Below the pieces are notes generated by a model, which saw only the letters and a program-made list of their open reading frames with translations, had not been told where the DNA came from and made no database searches. Below are positions 24,850 through 37,224 of a DNA stretch of 64,000 bases, piece after piece. The DNA is from Octopus bimaculoides (lineage: Eukaryota): the NCBI RefSeq assembly GCF_001194135.2, contig NC_068989.1, forward strand, positions 68,514,841-68,578,840. Reading direction: 5' to 3'. A program made the position numbers and the translations under genes. Within the stretch, counting starts at the first letter, position 1; the number at the start of each line of letters is the position of its first letter.

Positions 24850-25141
24850 TTGCCATGAAAGAGAATCTCACATTGGCTTTTTGGTGGAAAAGGCACTCTT
24901 GTCTATATCGCTAGCGGGGAGACTAATCTCTGCTACCTCAGCGTTGAGACCACCAGACCACGTGATTTTGACCTTGTTTGATCATGTCAATGATGAACAC
25001 CCGACCCCTAGAGGCAGCAACGATTCATCTGGTGATCTGATCTCGGCGCTGGAAATAGCGGAGATTTGTCTCCCCGCTAGCGATATAAACAAGAATGCAT
25101 TTTACACCGAAATGTCAATGTGAGAATTTCTTACATGGCAA
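24850..25141. mobile_element. Foldback/MITE-like element with ~110-bp inverted arms
   Basis: TTGCCATG...CACCAGA (24850-24957) versus TCTGGTG...CATGGCAA (25028-25141); the core 25 bp match at 24 positions. No TSD seen. Confidence 0.8.
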
Positions 25142-25404
25142 CTACCGCAGTAAAATTTGTTCTCATGGAACATTCACATTTAAGTGAATGTTCCTCTCGA
25201 TATTGTATGTGTTTATTATTTTCTTTATTGCACGTCATTATTTTTAGACAAAGTTTCTTCCTTGTATAACGTCCATGATCCACCCAGACCCGTACAGTGT
25301 TTATATAATTTTGTTTTGTTATCCCTACACGTTTTTGCAAACTTCCTTTTTTTAACGTGCCATATTCAATTTATGAATGAACTTGAATGTTTTTGCGCTT
25401 TATG

Positions 25405-25781
25405 ACTAAATAAAGAATTTTTATCATCATCATCGTCATCGTCATCATCGTCATCGTCAACCTCATCATCTTTGTCATCGTCGTTGTCGTCGTCGCTATC
25501 ATTATCCTCATCATCAACATCATTATTGTTGTTGTTGTTTCTGATGTTCTTATTCTTATTGTTCTTGTTATTATTATCATAATCATCATCATCTCTATCT
25601 TCTTCATTATCATTATTATTATTATTATTGTTGCAACTAGTATTTGATCAACATCATCATCATCATTGTTGTTACTGATTTTTTTGTTTATGCCCTGAGC
25701 AGACATCTGTAACAGAATTAACAAAAGAATTTGAATATGACCACGTTTTACTTCATACAAAATTCTCAATTATTATTAATG

Positions 25782-25839
<58 letters not shown>

Positions 25840-25840
25840 G
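25405..25840. repeat. Compound triplet microsatellite chain (TCA/TCG/TTG/TTC/TTA)
   Basis: Direct reading. Confidence 0.95.
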
Positions 25841-26189
25841 CTATGAAACGAGTGTCCATCTCGTTTACCTTGAGTTTAAAAAAATGAAGTATTGCTTTTG
25901 GATATGTTTAAAATATATTTTGCTTTTTGTCAGTTTTCCTTTACTCACGAAACCATATGGTTTCTTCGTCTGGTATAGTGGTAAGAAGTTTTAACAATAA
26001 AGCTGGTTGCAATGTGTACACCCCCAAGGAAAGAAAACTTGTCGAAAATACCAAAACGGAATTTAAGAAAGATAAACAGAAAAAAATAACGAACAATTAA
26101 CAAATACTGCAAACAGACGCATTAAACATTTAAACTTTTACAAAAGAATATTATTTATAGAGCTAATAACAATAATAGTAGCATTGTTA

Positions 26190-27360
26190 GCATTACTAGC
26201 GGAAGAGAGTGACTTAATAAAAGATATGAGGAGGCGAAGGGTGTTTTACAAAGAATAATACGTAATTGCTTCTAGAATATATCAAGGAACTAACGATTGG
26301 AAGAGTGGCTATCCTTGTCTTGCCATAAAAGAAAGGAGGCTTCTTTATGCCAACGAAACGACTAAAGGTAGCCTTGGCCTGATGTGTAGAACAATAACAC
26401 TCCTCCATCGGCAGATGCAGAGACTAAGGAACAGGCTATTCACAACCTTATTCAAAACTAAGAACAGGTCACAAGGCAGGTTGAAGTGGGTGTCACGTAC
26501 GTTCCCAGGAGATCGTGTTTCAATACAATATTTGGAGGGCGGAACAAAATGGTCACAGTAGAGAATGTTGAGGATTTTGGCCTTTAACTTACCGTCAGTT
26601 TTGTGGAGCAATACTGGCAGATGGTAAACTCCAAGGTAAGAAGGAAAGCTATGTAGTCGGGTAGTGTCACAATGTCCTAATCATCTCCGAATATTATAGA
26701 GTCATATCTATTGTGGATGCAGAAAGAACATCCAAGGGACTAGTGATGAGCAGAAAGCCTCGTTTTTAGACATGCCTCAATAAGAACGACTTGAGGACTT
26801 TCTGTCAGGAGGAGATCGAAAGACAAAGAATAAAGGCTGTAAAAACTGCAACAAGCATGACCTAGTACTCATAGCCTTGTAAATTACAAATGAAATGTGT
26901 CCTATGATTATGCGACACTATGACTTAAATAATAAAAACAGTTACATTTGTAACTATAGATGTCAATATTCTTGTCAATAAAAACTTCACTGATAATAAT
27001 TTAGAAGTTGGATGTTGAGGGTTTGTTGGACACAGTGTGAGACGACTGCTGTTATCGTTAGGCCTAACTCATCGTAAGGTAAATACCATCATGACCGATA
27101 TCCAAACTACAGTGGAGAAGGCTAGCCACTGGATTTGGTTAAAAAGAGACGATGAGCGATGGCTAGAGAAATATTGAGCTTTGTTTTTAATAACCAGTTG
27201 ATCTAGCAAGCGGGGCCTCATATGAGTGAGGAGGGCCAGTGCGCATTGATGCCGTCGAGATGTAGGCCTCGAAACGGCGCACATTCTCTCCTGATGACCT
27301 CATACGTTTGCTGGCTTCCGGTATGCGGGGTTCTCGACTGGTAGAACTTGCATGTGCGAG
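26190..27360 (+). mobile_element. Restriction-like-endonuclease LINE relic (HERO/NeSL-like), 3' part with UTR
   Basis: 27001-27177 translates LEVGC*GFVGHSVRRLLLSLGL...VEKASHWIWLKRDDERWLEKY* (cf. EVGCRGF...SxWxWxKR). Upstream motifs (KERRLL) are weak. A GC-rich 3' UTR follows. Confidence 0.7.
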
Positions 27361-28294
27361 TTATTTGCAAGACATCAAATAGCACTAAGGGAACTGCAAC
27401 CTATTTTTTCTTTGCAAATATCTAAATTTTAGCAATCGCTATTGTAATACACAATGAGAAGAATAACCATTTTGACGGTATAAAATAATTTTTGTGACAA
27501 ACTTTTCTAAGTTACAGACTGTAGATGTACTTATAGATGAATGAATTTATTGTGCTGTTGTTAGCCAAATCTTTCCAAGTCTGCTTAGCAGTTTGATAAA
27601 TTTCTCACAATGTATGGCAGTATGATGCCTTGAAATCAATTCCAAAGTATTCTGCGAAACAAACACAATAGATGTAAAGTTAAATGCATTGAAATTTTGA
27701 ATTTAACGTCGAATCTACAGTCTGTTACAGCGTTGAATAGTCGACATATACATACTAGGAAATGCATACGTACATAGAAACATACATGCATACATTCATA
27801 AATATATACGTACATTTAGTTTAGCAAACAAAAACAAGATTTGCACATGTTGTTATATTAATTTCGTCACATAGCTCTATTTAGTTTGTCACCAGGTAAG
27901 TTCAAAGAATTCAGTGAAGTAGCTTTTGTCTTGTCGATAGCTCAGTGTCTGCCGTGTCTGTAACGCTTTAGTAATATGTGCGTTTCATTGTGTATCAATG
28001 TGTGTCTGAGCGTGTGTGTGTGTGTATACGTGTGTGCGTATTTGTATGCGTGTGTGTGTGTGCATGTATGTATGTTTATATACATACATGCATATACATA
28101 TGTATATATACATATTTATACGCATATATATATATACATGCATACATATATGTATGTGTGTGGGCGTATATATATATATATATATATATCCGCCGTATTT
28201 GTATGGCATTAAAAAGTATATAGATATGTAGATAGACATATCTACGTTGGTATATTTCATGACAGAAATTCAAGGAAACAGGAAATCAAAGACC

Positions 28295-28325
<31 letters not shown>

Positions 28326-28359
28326 CATACATACATACATACATACATACATACATACT

Positions 28360-28773
28360 ACAAATGCCTAGGCATTGCCGAAAACATACATAGAAGGTTC
28401 TGTGAGGAAAGATAGAGGGACTCGAGAATTTTATACTAGACTTACAAGACAATATCACACAATGTATTTGTAACACAACTGTTGATTTCAACATTTGGGA
28501 TACTTGACTGGTTTGTAGGGTAAATCCACTCCATAGACATTAAAACTCACAAGATTCTGTCATAAACTTCCTCAGAGACAGTGATAACAAAGCGATGAAG
28601 GAGGCAGAGGTTTGAGATCAATACAGATATTCGAATTTCGTATAGTCTCTTTGAAACAGCACTTGATAAACATCAGTAACAAAAGTAAATACATAAACTT
28701 AGTGCTGAAAATCGAAGAGAACAACATCCTGTGTCGGCAGTGAATTTCTCGGGAAGCATGCTCTCTTCCTCTG

Positions 28774-28858
<85 letters not shown>

Positions 28859-29400
28859 CGCTCTCTCTCTCTCTCCGATAATCTCCCACACAACCCCAAA
28901 ACAGCTGGACAAACATACCTCAATGAAGACCTGGATGTAAAACGATCATCGTACCAAAAAAACGAAAAGACTACATGGGATTCCCGAAGACTTAAAGAAG
29001 ACAGTAATATCAACGTGAAGTGCAGCCTCTCGCATTCGTAACTGCTGCATCACACTTCGAAGGCTGTGCATTTGAAATCCAAGAACAGGAGACTGCTACG
29101 AAATACCTAATAAACAAAAGAGGCAGTGAAATTTCTGCAGCTCCGCTATGCAACCGAAAATGTAGATTATGCGATATTTTCGCGGAAGACATCACACATG
29201 TGATTAGCATCTGCCCAAAAATGTCATCAAGGTACTACCTCCCTATACAACGTTGTTACAAAAGCGATACACAATGCCGTTCGAAAAAATAGACAGCCTT
29301 GAATTGAAAAGAGAATCCCCCTGTTATTGAATACGTACAACACATTGAATACTGATGGAAGATTCTCATCAAAACAACTGTCAAGTGTAAACATAATCGG
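28360..29400 (+). mobile_element. R4/Dong-like RLE LINE relic, interrupted by (CT)n
   Basis: KCLGIAE, IDIKTHKIL, EGGRGL, EGCAFEIQEQETATKYL, KCRLCDIFAEDITHVISICPKMSSRYYLP (CCHC) and Y*WKILIKTTVKCKHNR occur in the expected order. Confidence 0.85.
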
Positions 29401-29459
29401 CAATTTGTATCTCTATGTTATATCATTAATTTGATACAACTTGTCCAGTCGTTGCTGAA

Positions 29460-30622
29460 CTGTTTATTCTTTATTTTCATATATAACATATAAACATTAA
29501 TTGTTTATTCTGTATTTTACAGTTTTGATGATGAGTGGTGAAAAAATTGCAATTAGTCCCACTTGTGACTACCAGTGAAAGAGTGAGACGACTTGAGATT
29601 ACCAGTGAAAGGGTGAGACTACTGAGTGCAAGAGCAGCTGCAAAATAAATTAATGATATGAAAGGCGCAGGAGCTGTCAACGAACGTGTAACACTAAGCT
29701 GGTTCAGATGTTTCAAGGAAGGTAGCACCAGCCTCGAAGACAAACTAAGTCCAGGGAAATCTTCTGTTGAGAAAGATGAGGTTTTGCTTGAAATGGTTGA
29801 ACAACTAAGTACAAGCATTTGTACCATGCTATTGACAGCTTTATAAGTTCGGTCTTGTGAATAGACGCTGTCGAAAAGTTCCTCATGAACTGACCAATGA
29901 CCAGACTCAGCAATGCGTGAACATTTGCAAACAATTGCTGGCAAATCTTCGAGATGCCCGTTTTTGTCGTCGAATTGTAACTAGGGATGAAAAATGGATC
30001 TGTTTTCGTAATCCTAATAAGAAAAATCAGCAGATTTGTTCCAGCCAGGCTTCAGAACTAATTGTCAAACAAGGGTGGTTTGAACCGACGGTCATTTTGA
30101 GTGTTTGGTGAAATTTATAAGGGAGTGTTGTACTTTGATCTTGTCCCAGATGGTCATGCTGTGAATGCTAACTTTTATGCTCAACAGTAGCTGCTACTCG
30201 GCATTGGACAATCGAAGACTCACAATCCTACAGCTAGACAATGCCCAACACACACTGCAAATGTAACCAAGCGCAATCTTCCGGAACTTGAGGGGCTGAA
30301 AGTGCTGTCTCACCTTGCTTACAATCCAAACCTTGCACTGTCAGATTACCACCTCTTTCCGAGCAATAGCTCATTTCCTGTACAAACGGAAGTCAACAAT
30401 TTGGAAGAAGCTGAAAACGAATTCAGGGAGTTTGTTTTGTTTTTTGTTTTTTTTTGCCTCCAGTCGAATGCTATAAGTGTGGAATTGAGCTTCTGACACA
30501 GCCATGGCAACTGACAATATAATATGATAGGATATATCTTCATGAATAAACGTTTTTCGTATGTAATTTGTTTGAGCTATTAGTTGAAGCTTGAAATATG
30601 AAAAACATTTGATTCAACCCGG
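29460..30622 (+). mobile_element. Mariner transposon, decayed
   Basis: WFRCFKEG..LED, KVPHELT, RIVTRDEKW, YNPNLALSDYHLF; right end ...TTTGATTCAACCCGG followed by TA. Confidence 0.92.
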
Positions 30623-31089
30623 TATATGTACGTAAGCATTGTTTCTGCTGGGAGTCTCTTTATTGAAGGCTATGTGTGTAAGACACTTGAAAGGAGAACA
30701 ATTTGTAGATATTCGTTTTGAAAAACCAACTGATAAACTATGTTTAAGGAAAATTCTGAAAGATCTGAACAAGAAATATCTATCTGATTATCTACGTATA
30801 TAGTCATATAAATATGTATGCATAAGTGTGTGCATATATATGTATATACATATACATGTATATATTGTGGGGATGGTGGTAGGCTTACGAACTGAGCTGA
30901 TAGATTTAAAAGCAATTGGAAACTAAGCGTTCAGAAAATTATGTTTTTGATATATTCAGGCGTATTACGACATATAATATGATATCCCAAGTAGCAAGCT
31001 AATCTTAAAATAGCAATATTCTTAAGAAACTGTGAGCAGAGAAAAAGAGACATAGTGAATATGCATGTACAAGTATGTGTATGCATGTA

Positions 31090-31305
31090 CGAGAGGATAC
31101 TGAGAAGTTCCTAGCTTTAAGAGTATCGCAAAATGCCTGATTGGGGGCCCAGCCATTCGAGTTCTTTTACAGGGCTTCGAAAAACTGGAGGACGGCTGCA
31201 ATACGTGTGTGAATCTGAGAAAGGAATATGTTAAATAAATTCATAATTAACTGATCTTCCTGTATTTTCTTTTAACCAAAGCGGAAACCTTTCAGCACCC
31301 TTCTG
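31090..31305 (+). mobile_element. Mariner-derived MITE (~215 bp)
   Basis: TA-CGAGAGGATACTGAGAAGTTCCTAGCTTT ... AAAGCGGAAACCTTTCAGCACCCTTCT imperfect TIRs; internal GFEKLEDGCNTCVNLRKEYVK* resembles the mariner C-terminus. Confidence 0.75.
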
Positions 31306-31411
31306 CATGTATGTCTGTACGTTTTTGTGTAAGTATATATGTTTGTATGCTTGTGTATATGGAGAAGTGGTCAATATATAACATGAATCTCTTAAGATAA
31401 CATGCTTAGTT

Positions 31412-31650
31412 GCAGTACGTACGTTTCGTACAAGCTTCATTTATTCATGTAGTGAGAACACCACATAACATGTGCAATGAAATTGTACTCCTCAGCTGCA
31501 TAATGGAAGTTCATTTCAGAAAGCCATTTACAAAACGGCTGTCTGAAATGAACTTTCATTATGCAGCTGAGGAGTACAATTTCATTGCACATCTTATGTG
31601 GTGTTCTCACTACATAAATAAATGAGGCTTGTACGAAACGTACGTACTGC
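31412..31650. repeat. Near-perfect foldback: 114-bp arms, 11-nt loop
   Basis: 31412-31525 versus the reverse complement of 31537-31650: 5 mismatches in 114. Confidence 0.97.
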
Positions 31651-31832
31651 TATGACCTAATGCATTTTTGTTGCTTTTCTTCAAATTTAATTCTCCAAAT
31701 CTCTTGATTTTGCTTTTGGATTTTACCCTACCAAATTCTGGTGCCACAAAAATTTTAAGTACCTCATCCAATCTTTTGATTGAATCTATATTATTATATT
31801 ATTATATATATATATATATATANNNNNNNNNN

Positions 31833-31880
<48 letters not shown>

Positions 31881-32996
31881 ACACAAACACACACACACAC
31901 ACATATATATATATCTATATATTAACCCTCTCTGCATTAAACAAGCAGAAAATACTGTCTTTAAATATCTTATATAAAATATATATTTGTGTGTTTGCGC
32001 GCGAGATTGCGTGTTTGTTAATGGAGTAGAAATCTATGAATCAGTTTCTTTAATTCTTAAGTGTGAAAGACATAAATTCCTTACATTATTTCAAGTAGTT
32101 TATCCTTGCTTTCACTCTAGATACATATATCAAGAAATCTATTATCAGTTAAATCTTATAAGTTTCTTCAGAGAACATCTGATAATTAAAATTAAAATTC
32201 TAATCAGTTTCACGTAATATATTCTCCGTGTTAATGAATACAATTGTTTCTCTTTTGACTAATCAATATTTAGCCACAAGATCTTTCCAATCTTAGGCTA
32301 ATGGATATGTTCGTTCTTAATTATTCGACGATATTAATATTAGCATAAATATCAGTATATATCATTTCCAATCATGTATTCCTTCTATTAGTATATCAAT
32401 ATAACTGCTAACACTTTGATAAACTTGCTGATATGTTAGCATATGTATGTAGATAGTAAAGTGCGAATAAAAATAATTAGTATTTTAATGTAATTATAAC
32501 CTGCAATTAGAGATTAAGTTTCAGTCCACTGGTGTTAAGCGAATAGGAAATAAGTTTCCTACTCTCAACGTCAGTTTGATACAAGTAATTTTTCCTGACT
32601 CGTATAATTGGATTTAGCACGACAGGACTCTGACTCCCTCTATCTTACTCTCTCTCCTTCAATCTTTCTCTCTTTCTTTCGTACACAAAACACACACACA
32701 TACACTCACGCATATACATACATACGTACATACATACATACATACATACATACACACATATATGTACACATAGATGCCATAAAGTATTTAGCAAAGGTCT
32801 TTTCAATGAAAATTTCCTTTCGAAAGCTATTGCGAGGTTTACGTGGGCTGTCGAAATAGAGAAAATAGCAGTGAATCTAAAATAACATTCTTCTGTACTA
32901 AAATCTACAATGGATAATGAAGTCCTAGATACAAGCTTCTAGAAAACGAAACAAAATGATCACTACTGAAAATCTTTGGGCCATGAAGGAAACAAA

Positions 32997-33041
32997 GGAC
33001 CACTGATGAGGTCACAGAAGTGTGACGAAAGAACTCTGGCC
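32997..33041 (+). ncRNA. Minimal type-I hammerhead ribozyme motif
   Basis: GGACCA-CTGATGA-g-GTCACA gaag TGTGAC-GAAA-GAAC-TC-TGGCC. Intact core, perfect 6-bp helix II after one extra nucleotide, CUC triplet (33034-33036), helix I CCA/TGG plus GG/CC. Confidence 0.65.
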
Positions 33042-33174
33042 GAAATAAGATTAAGATTAATGTAATATAAAGCTGAAGCAAATTAACACAAAATATACAG
33101 TGCGTGTGTTTTTATTGGCTAAACTGGCAATATGACCATCCCCAAGTACAACAACATATATATATATATATATA

Positions 33175-33786
33175 CAGGGTGAGTGGAAGTAGCTAGGCAT
33201 TAGAAATTGCTTATAGAAATTTTAGTATCACTGAAGACATGATGAAAACATTTTTAAACAGACAACACTAATGGGAATTTATTTTCTTATTGCCTTATTT
33301 CTTATTTCTTATTTTCCAGATGGCCGGTCGCTTGACTGTTCATGAGCGAGCTAAAATAGCAGCATGCTTTGAAGTATAGAATTCCATTGTTTTGGTTCAG
33401 AGATGGTGGCATGCATGGAAAGGTAAGCATGCAACACTACGTCCAGAGACAATAAAAAGTTGTCATGCAAAGCTGATGACCACGGGTTCTGTGAACGATA
33501 CAAGAAGAAGTGGCCGTCCAACCACATCCCGATCAGTGGAGAATGTGGCAACAGTGCAGGAAATGTTCAATCGCAGCCCGCAAAAATCAACACATCAAGC
33601 AGCTTGCGAAAGTGGACCAACAAGACACACAATACGTACGGTATTGCATAAAGAAGTGAATTTTCGTCCGTAGGAACCCCATTATATGAACGAGCTAAAA
33701 CCTGAAGACTATGACCACAGAAATCCAGAAGTCCAGAACTCTACGAATTACAGATCTCACTCCATGTGATTTTTACCTGTGGGAGT
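33175..33786 (+). mobile_element. Tc1/mariner element, 5' TIR and N-terminal transposase, large internal deletion
   Basis: TA-CAGGGTG left end; ATG at 33320 gives MAGRLTVHERAKIAA...TTGSVNDTRRSGRPTTSRS...RSPQKST...; then jumps to DLTPCDFYLW. Confidence 0.88.
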
Positions 33787-35728
33787 TACACAGAAGTTCT
33801 TACTTCTTTTACAAGAATTATTATTCGTTATAACTAATGACTATTGTTTTTATTACAGGTGTAATGTTAATTAGCTGAACAAGGTGGAAGTACGACTCAC
33901 TACTCAAAGTTATTCCAGACATGACAAATCAATTTTTTTTCAATTTAGGAATACAGTATGTAATGTTTTTTTCACATTTTTAAGAGAGCAGCGTTCAATA
34001 TGATTAAGATCTGATTACAAATTCTAGCAGCTTCAGTAACTGTCAACAGATAGGCGACCGTGTTAGCTCATCCGTGTACACATACACACAAACACACACA
34101 CACAATGTATCATATATATCATTTCTGTTTTAATGTGATAGGGTGTAATATGAGGTAGATTTAGCTGCTATTTCTAGTCGGTCGAACATTTATTCTAAGT
34201 TTCCTCAGCTGGCTTTTGATAGCTTTTGATGTACTAGATTCAAGTTGAGTCGAGAATACTTACACTGGTACTATTACGAGTGATGAATTGTCATAGTCGT
34301 TGGAGCGTCGAACAAATTGTGCTACTTGTTCCGACTCTGTTTGCTCAAAGCTCAAATCTTGTCAAGGTCAACTTTGCTTTTCATTTTTGGGATTGATAAA
34401 AAAAATGTACCATTCTAAGGTAGAGGATTGGTAGAAGTGTAAAGACGTCGGACTAGATGCCTTGCTGTATTCTTTGGTTCTTTGCCATGTTCTGATTTCA
34501 AACTGCGCCCTAGCCTACGAGAGTGGCAGACTTAATCTGTCATTTGATTTAACAACACCTGGCACCTGTGGTGAGGTCTTTAGCAGAGTCCATTCTGTTG
34601 TAATCATTTTGGCTACGTTTCCAGTTTCGAAACACTTCTCTTCCTCCCTCCTACCAAGCTAAGAGGTCCTACGTTTTTTTTTTTAATGCTAAAAGCATCA
34701 TCGAATTTTTATAAAATATTAGTTTTGACTGATATGGGGGAAAGAACTAAAATTTACTTCTAAGATTTTGGGACTTTATTCATGGATATTAACTGGGTAA
34801 GTGTGTCGTCTTTGCCCTAGAAATAAAATTAGCTCATCGTCACGAATCTTTTTTTGATAATTTTATTTCTACAACGTGTACATTTGGGCACATTAAATAG
34901 GACAAAAATAATATCAGATCTTGGAACAAGTATATTATCACGTATATATCTCAGAAAATCTTGGACATCACACAATTTTTCACACCTATAAATAAAGAGG
35001 AGAAATATTTTTAAAGCTAGTGACAGTCACCATCCAGATTCAATGTGATTAATAATACATTTATACCGACAACTTTATATCTGATATAATTACATAAGGC
35101 ATTTGTATCGTATTCAGCAGCACCTGCAAATCTCTTTGTTAATCGTAAACTTGACAAGAACGTCATGAAATATTAAGCAAATAGATGAAGGTAAGCGCTT
35201 GATAGCGATCGTTCGATATATCAATGGAACATTAGCAAATCGATAGAAAGGAACTTTTAATGACAGCAACTGAATTACAGTGATTGTCAGAATTCAGCTA
35301 TATATCCCTTATGTTTAATCTAACAATCATTAGCCATAAAGTAAATTATCACGACTTTATTGAATGAGTTTCGTTCTATGTGTTAACTAATCAATCGTGC
35401 TTCATTATTTTTAATGTACATGAAACACCAAATACCAAACCCTTAGGCACAGAATTTCCCAATCATATTTCTATGATAAAAATTTAATTAGCGACATCTA
35501 TTCCATAATAAACTACAATTCTTTCTTCTGTATCTGCGTTGCCCTATGCTGATTCGACAAGAAGGAAGTTAATATAACACATGCACGCGCACACATATGA
35601 GGATATGTGCATATATGTCTCTGTGTGTATTTGAGTGTATATATCTATACTTACATGTCTCTCTCTCTCTCTCTCCCTCTCTCTCTCTCCCTCTCTCTCT
35701 CTCTCTCTTTCTCCCTCTCAGTATATAT

Positions 35729-35890
35729 AGGCACAGGCGTGGCTGTGTGGTAAGAGGGTTTTTCCCAACCACATGGTTCCGGGTTCAGTCCCACTGCGTG
35801 GAACATTGGGCAAGTAACTTCTACTATAGCCTCGGGCCGACCAAAGCCTTGTAAGTGGATTTGGAAGACCGAAAGTGAAAGAAACCCGTC
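35729..35890 (+). mobile_element. SINE family A, 5' half
   Basis: A-box-like TGGCTGTGTGG, B-box-like GGTTCAGTCC, ends GAAAGAAACCCGTC before (GT)n. Confidence 0.9.
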
Positions 35891-35909
35891 ACATATGTGT
35901 GTGTGTGTG

Positions 35910-35950
<41 letters not shown>

Positions 35951-36063
35951 GTGCTTTCAACTTTTGGCTCAGTACCAGTAGTTTTTGAGGAAAGGGGCTA
36001 GTTGATTACGTCGACCCCAGTACTTGGCTGGTACTTATTTTATCGACCTTATGCAGACAGACG

Positions 36064-36100
<37 letters not shown>

Positions 36101-36114
36101 AAAGACAGACAGAC

Positions 36115-36161
<47 letters not shown>

Positions 36162-36424
36162 CAGGCAGATAGACAGATAAATACATAGATAAAATACTTT
36201 TATATACACATATAAATATGTGCATGTGTGTAAATGTGTTCTTGTAAATGAGTCTGTATGTGTGTGTGTGTGTGTGTGGACTTTGCTTTTATCTCTTTAC
36301 AATCGTAAACTGTACCCAGCTTGGTACATAGTTGTAGTAATTACAACTTGGTTGATTTTGGTTCGTTGTTTGTTTGATTAGGTTCGGGTTTTTTTTTTCT
36401 TTTCTTGATGACAGTTTCAATGAT

Positions 36425-36700
36425 TGAAAGCTACGGCTACGGTATTTGACCTACGATTATAATATCGTGGGTTCAATTGCTGGAGCAGGTGACGCGTTGT
36501 ATCCTTGAGCAAAGCACTTCATAGCTGAAAATTGAGTACCAGCTGTGTGCTGGTGTCTCTCTCCCCACTTTCAACTATCAAACTTTGGATGTGCCGCTGG
36601 ATCAAAGCGTGAGAGAGCGAGAGGGTGTCTATGTCTGCTCGTAACCACGTAAGCACCCAAAAAATAGTTGACGAAAGCCTGGTACATGATACCTAACCAT
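36425..36700 (+). mobile_element. Degenerate tRNA-derived SINE (family D/C-like)
   Basis: GGGTTCAATT, CCTTGAGCAAAGCACTTCAT, AGCTGAAAATTGAGTACC motifs. Confidence 0.55.
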
Positions 36701-36876
36701 ACACGTTTGCGCGTGTCAACGAGCTCTTTATGATTTAATGACTTATTCAAAGATAGAGTGGAACTAATGACTGTTTTCAGATATCCAAGACTGGCATGAG
36801 AATGACAGAATAGTTCCTCAGACTGGGAATCTGAGGCGAATACTTGCAGTAGAATGTATCTCGCTCAAGGTACCCA

Positions 36877-37224
36877 GTGAAGGCGCATGGTTCAGTGGTT
36901 AGAGCGTCGAGCTTACGATCATGAGGTTGTGAGTTCGAATCCCGGATCGGGCTGCGTGTTGTGTTCTTGAGCAAGACACTTTATTCCACGTTGCTCCAGT
37001 TCACTCAGCTGTAGAAATGAGTTGCGATGTCACAGGTGCCAAGCTGTATCAGCCCCTTTGCCTTTCCCTTGGATAACACTGGTGGCGTGAAGAGGGGAGG
37101 CCGGTATCCATGGGCGATTGCTGGTTTTCCATAAAAAAAACAACCTTGCCCAGACTTGTGCCTGGGAGGGTAACTTCCTGGGTGCAAACCCATGGTCAGT
37201 CATGACCGAAGGGGGTCTCAGCAG
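36877..37224 (+). mobile_element. SINE family C, full length with 11-bp TSD
   Basis: TSD CAAGGTACCCA at 36866-36876 and 37225-37235. A-box TGGTTCAGTGG, B-box GTTCGAATCC; middle TTGAGCAAGACACTT...CAGTTCACTCAGCTGTAGAAATGAG resembles the CORE domain. Confidence 0.92.

Noticed and set aside
36877-36960. tRNA gene
   Set aside because: A and B boxes are present, but there is no acceptor-stem closure and it continues into a SINE body flanked by a TSD.
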